Assembly: GCA_963662655.2 (NCBI GenBank)
Contig: CAXXTU010000002.1
Coordinates: forward strand, 832,001 to 896,000
Length of the DNA stretch: 64,000 nt
Direction of reading: 5' to 3'
DNA from: Candidatus Cloacimonadales bacterium
Lineage (GTDB): Bacteria > Cloacimonadota > Cloacimonadia > Cloacimonadales > JAIOQZ01
The notes beneath the pieces were generated by a model. The model searched no databases, was not told the origin of the DNA, and saw only the letters and a program-made list of their open reading frames with translations. Positions within the stretch are counted from its first letter, which is position 1; each line of letters opens with the position of its first letter. Position numbers and translations under genes: made by a program. Positions 57,404 through 64,000 of this stretch are shown here, one piece after another.

Positions 57404-58645
57404 TTACTTGAGCTCGTCAAAAACGCTGCGAATGATCTCAACGCATTCCTTGAGTTGATCTCTCGTAATGACCAACGGCGGTGCAAGACGAATGATGTGG
57501 CGGTGCGTAGGTTTGCAGAGCAGACCTTTGTCCTTGAGGCGCAAGCACACGTCCCAGGCTTCCACATCGTCCTTCGGCTTGACGATGATCGCGTTCAGCA
57601 ATCCTTTTCCACGGACAAGCTCGATCATCGGGGTATCGATTTTCCTCAGTTCATCACGGAGATACTCTCCAAGCTCCTCTGCCTTTTCGGTGAGCTTTTC
57701 GTCACGCACGACTTCCAGCGCAGCCTTGGCAACGACGCATGCGAGCGGAAATCCGCCGTAGGTCGAGCCATGCTCACCCGGCTTGATCACCAGCATGATG
57801 TCGCGGTTCGCGAGTACTGCGGAAACCGGAAGAACACCGCCGGATATGGCCTTTCCAAGGATGAGAATGTCTGGCTTGACCTCTTCCCAATCGCTGGCAA
57901 GGAGCCGCCCGGTACGGGCGATACCCGTCTGGACTTCGTCGGACACGAAGAGCACGTTGTGCGCTTTACATACATCGTATGCCTTCTTAAGATAACCGGC
58001 ATCCGGTACGTTCACACCGGCTTCACCCTGGATCGGTTCCACGATAAATGAACAAACTTCGTCGCCGATTTCGTTCAAGGTTCTTTCGAGGGCTGCAACA
58101 TCATTGTAAGGTATCTTCACGATGCCGGGAAGGTACGGCCCGAATCCGCCGAACGCGTCGGGATCGGTTGAAGCAGAGATAACGCCGAGCGTTCTTCCGT
58201 GAAAATTGTTCTCGCAGAAGATGATCTTCGCTTTGTTCTCAGCGATGCCCTTCTTCTCATAGCCCCACTTACGGCTGAGTTTCATCGCGGTTTCAACGGC
58301 TTCGACACCGGTGTTCATCGGAAGAACCATATCGTATCCGAAGTATTCGGTGATGAATTTTTCGTATTCGCCAAGCTTGTTGTTGAAAAACGCTCTCGAT
58401 GTGAGCGTCAGTTCTTTCGCTTGATCAATCAAAGCTTCGATAATCTTTGGATGGCAATGCCCCTGATTGACGGCCGAGTATGCCGAGAGAAAATCATAAT
58501 ACTTGTTTCCCTCCGGATCCCATACGCAAGCGCCGTCACCTTTAGCGATCACCACGGGCAGTGGATGATAATTGTGTGCACCGTAACGTTCTTCCATTTC
58601 TATAGCTTCAGCGCTTGACACATTTCCGAATTTGAGTTCAGCCAT
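57404..58645 (-). CDS. rocD: ornithine--oxo-acid aminotransferase
   Basis: [52 protein letters not shown]. Confidence 0.96.
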   Translation of the reverse strand: MAELKFGNVSSAEAIEMEERYGAHNYHPLPVVIAKGDGACVWDPEGNKYYDFLSAYSAVNQGHCHPKIIEALIDQAKELTLTSRAFFNNKLGEYEKFITEYFGYDMVLPMNTGVEAVETAMKLSRKWGYEKKGIAENKAKIIFCENNFHGRTLGVISASTDPDAFGGFGPYLPGIVKIPYNDVAALERTLNEIGDEVCSFIVEPIQGEAGVNVPDAGYLKKAYDVCKAHNVLFVSDEVQTGIARTGRLLASDWEEVKPDILILGKAISGGVLPVSAVLANRDIMLVIKPGEHGSTYGGFPLACVVAKAALEVVRDEKLTEKAEELGEYLRDELRKIDTPMIELVRGKGLLNAIIVKPKDDVEAWDVCLRLKDKGLLCKPTHRHIIRLAPPLVITRDQLKECVEIIRSVFDELK

Positions 58646-58918
58646 GATTCCTCCAAATTTTTTTCTGATTACCTAGCGCAAAATGCGAAATTGGTTTTTA
58701 TGTCAATGAATTTACCTCTCTTTTTTTCTTTACAACGCGGGGAATTTTGCTAAACGAGGATTCGGAACTAGATTATATCAGAATTTAGAATATCTTATGG
58801 TGCGTTTCACAGACAACCATATTTCTTCACCGTTAACATTGCTATGAGATACTGAATTCTTTGCCCAGAGAATATTAAATTATTCTGGACTATTTTTTGT
58901 TGGAGGCCCGGGAGTTAT

Positions 58919-60484
58919 ATGAATCACAATGATTCGAAATCAATTTCATTCAATGTAGGTAAAATAGATATTGAAATCCAAGAACTCGTGAAATCCGGAT
59001 TGGAAAATAAAACCGAAAATCCGGAACATGCGATCGAATTATATGAAAAAGCATGGCAGCTTTCTCTGCAATACGAATTGGAAAAATATCAATTAGAAAT
59101 CATTCCTCACTTGGGAGGTCTCTATTATAGTTATCAACAAGATAAAAAGAAAATGCTTGATTTGAACATGAGCGCTCTTGCATTGGGCGAGAAAATGGGT
59201 GATGATGATCTGATCGCGAAGTCCATACTGGCTATAACATGGTCTTACCTCAGAACACAAGATTATGTTGAAGCAATTAAGATATTTTTTAAGGGATTTG
59301 ATGCGGTTCAGCGATCAAAAAATGAAAGTCTTAAAGCCAGCCTATACATTAATCTGGCAACCTGCTATATAAAAATCGGCAGCCATGACAAGGCATTGGA
59401 AACGTTATTCATATTACTGAATCTTGGCGAGGAGCTAAATGATCTTCGCATCATTCGTACAGCTTACTGGAATGTACAGCAAATATATTTACAAATCAAT
59501 GATACTGCGAAAGCTGAAGAATTTACATTGAAAGCGATCCAGATTTCGAAGAAGATCGGTGATGACGAGGCTATTGGGGCTCTGAAGATCAATTTAAGCG
59601 TTATCATGGAGAAAAGGGGCAATATGGGAGAAGCTCGGGAGCTGCTCGATCAGAGCATTTCCTGTCTTAAAAATGTGAAAACAAGAGAATCTGATTATCT
59701 GATTGCCATCATCAATCGTGGAATTTTACATAGACAATTTCGTAAGTACGATGACTCTGAGAAAGATTTACTCTTAGGAATTCAAATCGCAGAGAGAATT
59801 GGGAACCGCGAATTGCTTTGTAAAGCATACAATGGTTTGGGACACCTTTATATTGAGATTTCGAAATATGAAGATGCTGAATATTATCTTAAAAAGTCAG
59901 CCTCTCTTTCAACGGAATTGGGAGATCATGAGTTTGACACCGTTGTGAACAAGAGTTTGAGGAAACTTTATGAGAAGCAGGGACGATATAAAGACGCGAT
60001 GAAAGCGATGGATCAAGTGATCAACTTCTCGGAGAAAATTTTCGCCGAAAAACTTGCTTCCCATCTTGCTCAAAACCATGCACTGTTTGAAGTTGAAAGA
60101 ATTGCGAGCGAAAAGAAATACTACCAAAGCCGTTCCGAGGAACTGGAGAAAATGAACCGCGAACTCCAGGATGCCTACAACAAGCTGAAACTCACGCAAG
60201 ATACCGTCCGGGATCTCGAACGCAAGAGCTCGGTCATGGCTATGGCCGTTACTGCGAATCATGAGTTGAATCAACCGCTGATGGTGATCTATGGAAATCT
60301 CGAACTTCTCAAAGGACGCCTTAATCAGGATGATGAGACAAAGATGAAGTACTTCTCGCGGATTGAAAATGCGGTACAGCGTATCGAAAACATCTTGCAG
60401 AAGTATAGAGAAGAGGGCGAATGCCAGCTTACGGAGTACTCTGGATCCACCCTCATGTTTGAATTTGTCAAAACGTCAGATTGA
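58919..60484 (+). CDS. TPR-repeat protein with C-terminal HisKA domain lacking HATPase
   Basis: MalT-like TPRs, coiled coil, ANHELNQPL; the protein ends shortly after. Confidence 0.8.
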   Translation: MNHNDSKSISFNVGKIDIEIQELVKSGLENKTENPEHAIELYEKAWQLSLQYELEKYQLEIIPHLGGLYYSYQQDKKKMLDLNMSALALGEKMGDDDLIAKSILAITWSYLRTQDYVEAIKIFFKGFDAVQRSKNESLKASLYINLATCYIKIGSHDKALETLFILLNLGEELNDLRIIRTAYWNVQQIYLQINDTAKAEEFTLKAIQISKKIGDDEAIGALKINLSVIMEKRGNMGEARELLDQSISCLKNVKTRESDYLIAIINRGILHRQFRKYDDSEKDLLLGIQIAERIGNRELLCKAYNGLGHLYIEISKYEDAEYYLKKSASLSTELGDHEFDTVVNKSLRKLYEKQGRYKDAMKAMDQVINFSEKIFAEKLASHLAQNHALFEVERIASEKKYYQSRSEELEKMNRELQDAYNKLKLTQDTVRDLERKSSVMAMAVTANHELNQPLMVIYGNLELLKGRLNQDDETKMKYFSRIENAVQRIENILQKYREEGECQLTEYSGSTLMFEFVKTSD

Positions 60485-60490
60485 CACGTT

Positions 60491-61567
60491 CTATTTCAGC
60501 AACAATGCCTTCTGAATCGATGTCGATTCCTCCGTGCTCATCCGAATCAGGTAAACGCCTGAGCCAACACCCTTTTCATCATCAGTAGCGCCGTCCCAGA
60601 CGATTCTGTGTGCTCCCTGCCCCATTCTTTCGTTTGACAGGCTCTTGACCTTGCGACCGCGAACATCGAAAATGTCGATCTTCACCTGTTGAGCCTTCGA
60701 AAGATCGAACGCAATGGTTGTTTGGGGATTGAATGGATTGGGCATGACCGTGAATACTGTCGGTGGCGCAGAAATCTCTTCGTCGCCGGTTCCCGTGGAT
60801 TCAATCTCGACCTCCCATACGGTGTCAACCGCATACCTCCCGTCCGATACGGTACAAACAACTTCGTAGTCCCCAGGATCGCTGAAGGTGTAGTTCATGT
60901 TGATGCCGTCACCGGCGTCTTCCCCATTCACCTTCCAGGCGAAGATCGGTTCGATGTCGTTGCCGGCTGCCAGCACCATAAAGAAAAGCATAGTACCTTC
61001 CGGATAGGTCAGTTCCGTTTCCTCGGGGTAAATTCCGTTGATCTGGAAATCGAAGATGCGAATGCTGTCGATCACAACCGGCTCGATCGGCCTGTCATTG
61101 CTGTCTGTTGCAACCGCGCCAATCGCAAAAACGGTATCCATGCCCGAAATGACATTCCCGAAGATCGCGTGATGATCGTCCAGCCAGCTCGTTGCAACAA
61201 GCGTGATGAAATACTGCGAACCGCCCGTGTTGGGACCGGCATTAGCCATAGATAGCACACCGGGGCCATCGTGACGAAGCTCGGGAGTGAATTCGTCGGG
61301 AATCGTGTAGCCCGGGCCACCGGTTCCGTTGCCGTTGGGGCATCCGTCTTGAATCATGAAATCGTCGATGACTCGGTGGAATATCAGTCCATCGTAGAAA
61401 TGATCCCTGGCAAGATCGATAAAGTTGTTGGCGGTTATCGGGACCAGGTCTTCGTGCAGGATGCACCGGAAACTGCCCATGTTCGTTTGCCACTCGGCAT
61501 AGCTCTTTGCCATGACAGGCGCGATCAGAATCGAGATAAGAATCAATAGAATAAAACGCTTATACAT
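60491..61567 (-). CDS. secreted cyclophilin-type PPIase with PKD-like and FlgD-like C-terminal domains
   Basis: FYDGLIFHRVIDDFMIQDG, SMANAGPNTGGSQYFIT, PNPFNPQT; GGAGG RBS. Confidence 0.9.
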   Translation of the reverse strand: MYKRFILLILISILIAPVMAKSYAEWQTNMGSFRCILHEDLVPITANNFIDLARDHFYDGLIFHRVIDDFMIQDGCPNGNGTGGPGYTIPDEFTPELRHDGPGVLSMANAGPNTGGSQYFITLVATSWLDDHHAIFGNVISGMDTVFAIGAVATDSNDRPIEPVVIDSIRIFDFQINGIYPEETELTYPEGTMLFFMVLAAGNDIEPIFAWKVNGEDAGDGINMNYTFSDPGDYEVVCTVSDGRYAVDTVWEVEIESTGTGDEEISAPPTVFTVMPNPFNPQTTIAFDLSKAQQVKIDIFDVRGRKVKSLSNERMGQGAHRIVWDGATDDEKGVGSGVYLIRMSTEESTSIQKALLLK

Positions 61568-61734
61568 TGGAACCTCCAGTTTTTTTTCATCGTTACGATT
61601 GCTAACAGCCATGATTGTCATCGTCAAGGAAAATTCATTTCACAAAAAAGTAATTGACAGGCGCAAAGCTTCATCCGCCATTATGAAAAAGTAATAATCC
61701 ACTCTCAATCCATTTCATCGACAAGGAGAAACAG

Positions 61735-62271
61735 ATGAAGTACGTCCTATCATTGCTTGTAATTTCGATATTCCTTTTCGCCTGCACACAGCAAGCTGAA
61801 AAACAAGAAAGCACACCTCAAACTCCTGCGCAAGAAACCGAGATAGCCACTCCCGATACACTATCGACTAAAGATACAGCCGTGATGGCGCTCGTCGAAA
61901 AAGCTGTAGCCCTCGTTCTGGAGGAAGGGACGACCGACGATGGTTTGCGGAAAGTGTTCGATCGCTTCGAGGACCCGCAGGGAGATTTCGTCGATGGCGA
62001 CCTGTATCTTTTCGTGTATAATCTGGAAGGCACTGTAATCGCGCACGAGGCGCAGCCACAGTTGATTGGTAAAAACCTTATCGAAAAAGTCGACGCGAAC
62101 GGCGTGAAAATGATTGCGGAGATGGTGCAGATCGCGAAGGAAGAGGGCAGCGGCTGGATCAGCTACCTCTGGCCATACCCGGGAACAGGTGAAATCAAAC
62201 CCAAACGGGCATACATCGCACGGCCGGGCAGCATGGAGATGTTTATCGGCTGCGGTTACTACGCAGAATAG
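61735..62271 (+). CDS. stand-alone single-Cache domain lipoprotein
   Basis: Lipobox LFAC; FVDGDLYLFV, GSGWISYLWPYP and IGCGYY motifs. Confidence 0.85.
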   Translation: MKYVLSLLVISIFLFACTQQAEKQESTPQTPAQETEIATPDTLSTKDTAVMALVEKAVALVLEEGTTDDGLRKVFDRFEDPQGDFVDGDLYLFVYNLEGTVIAHEAQPQLIGKNLIEKVDANGVKMIAEMVQIAKEEGSGWISYLWPYPGTGEIKPKRAYIARPGSMEMFIGCGYYAE

Positions 62272-62289
62272 TTTTTCATTCACGTTTAC

Positions 62290-62321
62290 AAGGGTATTCT
62301 CTCCGGGAGGATACCCTTTTT
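62290..62321. terminator. terminator between convergent genes
   Basis: aagggtattct/ggataccctt stem plus T-run. Confidence 0.7.
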
Positions 62322-62339
62322 CATTTATATAGTATACGA

Positions 62340-63092
62340 TCAACCCGGAAAAGGAACCAGGCCGAGCGCACCTTTGAAGACATACATGTCCAGAATGAAG
62401 AGAATCGCGAATGGAATGAAGAACAGGATCGCGGTTATCCCACTCGCGAGAAGCGATTTAACGACAGTGGTCACGCGCTTCTTCACCGTGATGCTGATGA
62501 AGAAATAAGCCGGAACCACGATGGTCGTAACGAACGTGGAGTAGTACAGCGCTTCGCTCCAGAAGAGAGTTACCATGAAGATGGAATTGATCAGATTCGC
62601 GTGGCCGATCGAATACATGTTAACGATCAGGTGCTCGGAGAAATTGAACTTCCACTCACGGAAAAACAGCTTCGTCATGAATGCGTACAAAGGCAGCGAG
62701 ATGAGAAACATCGCCGTCATATTGCTGGTCGTCCACAGGTTGACCTCGCTCGCGACGCCGTCCACTTCGACCTTCGCCATGTAGATGTTCTTGGGGTCGA
62801 TCATCATGTTGAGAACCGTCATGAGGGCTGTCGTCCAGAAGAGGTAGCGCAGAGGATCGTAGATCGGCTTGCGCTTCCCGTTGAGGTAATGGCGAATCAC
62901 TCTGCCGGGATTGATCGTTAACTGCGTGATGATAAACAGCATCCCTTTTTCGAAGTCGAACGCGGCAAGTGTTTTTTTCATCATCGAGGTAAAGGTGAAG
63001 CGCTTTGTCGATGCTTCCTGCCCGCAAACAGGGCAGTAATTCCCTTCAAAGTGGTTACCGCAATTGAGGCATGTCACGATTTCATTATCCAT
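62340..63092 (-). CDS. DUF3667 domain membrane protein
   Basis: CLNCG..GNYCPVCGQ zinc ribbon, NPGRVIRHYLNGKRK, several TMs. Confidence 0.85.
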   Translation of the reverse strand: MDNEIVTCLNCGNHFEGNYCPVCGQEASTKRFTFTSMMKKTLAAFDFEKGMLFIITQLTINPGRVIRHYLNGKRKPIYDPLRYLFWTTALMTVLNMMIDPKNIYMAKVEVDGVASEVNLWTTSNMTAMFLISLPLYAFMTKLFFREWKFNFSEHLIVNMYSIGHANLINSIFMVTLFWSEALYYSTFVTTIVVPAYFFISITVKKRVTTVVKSLLASGITAILFFIPFAILFILDMYVFKGALGLVPFPG

Positions 63093-63259
63093 TGTAGACA
63101 CCCAAAGTTTTTTTTCTGTAAATACTTTTTTTGGGATGTGTCAAGACGATTTTTATGATAAACGCATTTTTATTACCTAAAATAATTGACAATTCCGGGA
63201 AAAATGATAGTGTAAATCATATTGAAACAGAAATTTATTATACACATAATGGAGGAATC

Positions 63260-64000
63260 ATGAAAACAAGCAGAGGGGCTTTACATTTATTGTTTGTTTT
63301 AATCCTGGCTGGCTTGGCATTTGCGAGTCATGCCGCCGACCCACTTTTCTTTGTAACAACCGCGGAAGGAGATACCGTTTTTGCAGTTTATCCTTCCGGT
63401 ATCAAGGTGCGCAACGCCTCAGGCGAAGATATCTTCATCGCCGATCGCGACAGCGTTCGCATCTACGTCGATGAAGACGCGATGCGAACGAGCCGTGGCA
63501 GTTTCGCCATCGGTGGAATTGGAAGCGCGACGCGCGAGCCGGCGACGGAGTACTTCCGCGTGACGCCAGATAGCGTCCGCGTTTATCTGAAGGAGAACAA
63601 CACCCGGACGAGCCGGGGAGGGTTCGCCATCGGTGGCGTTGCCAGCGCGACACGCCCCATGGGAAACCACTTCTTCAATCTCGAGAATTCTCACAGCCCT
63701 GAAATCATCGACCCCAGCGAAGCGCGTATGCTTTGGTATCCCTACAAGGAAGCCTTCCGGGTCGGCCATGTCCTGATCGATTCCCCCGATAGCGTTGGCA
63801 CAAACTCCATCGCAACGGGATACGAGTCGAAAGCGATCGGCGATTACTCCCAGGCGTTGGGATATCAGGCCAGAGCTTACGCGGATTATTCCACAGCGAT
63901 CGGTCTTCATGCCAACGCCCTTGGTGAGAGCTCATTTGCGTACGGCGATCTCGCCGAGGCCAACGGAATCGGATCTTTCGCTTTCGGTTCAGTTGCTCGC
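63260..64000 (+). CDS. secreted protein with YadA-head-like repeats (partial; runs off the window; missing from the ORF track)
   Basis: GGAGG RBS; MKTSRGALHLLFVLILAGLAFASHA signal; open to the window end; 14-aa S-x-A-x-G repeats. Confidence 0.85.
   Translation, partial: MKTSRGALHLLFVLILAGLAFASHAADPLFFVTTAEGDTVFAVYPSGIKVRNASGEDIFIADRDSVRIYVDEDAMRTSRGSFAIGGIGSATREPATEYFRVTPDSVRVYLKENNTRTSRGGFAIGGVASATRPMGNHFFNLENSHSPEIIDPSEARMLWYPYKEAFRVGHVLIDSPDSVGTNSIATGYESKAIGDYSQALGYQARAYADYSTAIGLHANALGESSFAYGDLAEANGIGSFAFGSVAR

Overview
Bacterial chromosomal window, most genes on the minus strand. Four secreted proteins end in an (NY/M)PNPFNP FlgD-like C-terminal domain (T9SS-sorting type), and several genes serve amino-acid fermentation (iorAB, LysN-like aminotransferase, rocD, gcvH). 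Together these suggest an anaerobic FCB-group organism, most likely Cloacimonadota (inference). Housekeeping content: dnaB, gmk, udg, thrS, hflX, dapA, trmL, kdsD, rqcH, selD, a GldA/F/G-like ABC operon, umuDC and 5 tRNAs. Highlights not visible in the ORF track: (1) a dispersed ~125-nt hairpin family in 4 copies with compensatory stem changes, three of them punctuating an accessory umuDC block next to tRNA-Asn; (2) a REP-like palindrome family that is densest around a frameshifted GIY-YIG nuclease gene, with copy-specific extended arms; (3) a secreted protein with 8 near-invariant, synonymously diverged TPTLSNIRIK(Q/T)SDSATR peptides; (4) two intergenic four-way-junction RNA candidates; (5) a probable AUA start for hflX; (6) a probable divergent RpoZ. 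All product calls come from motif recognition by eye, not from database searches.
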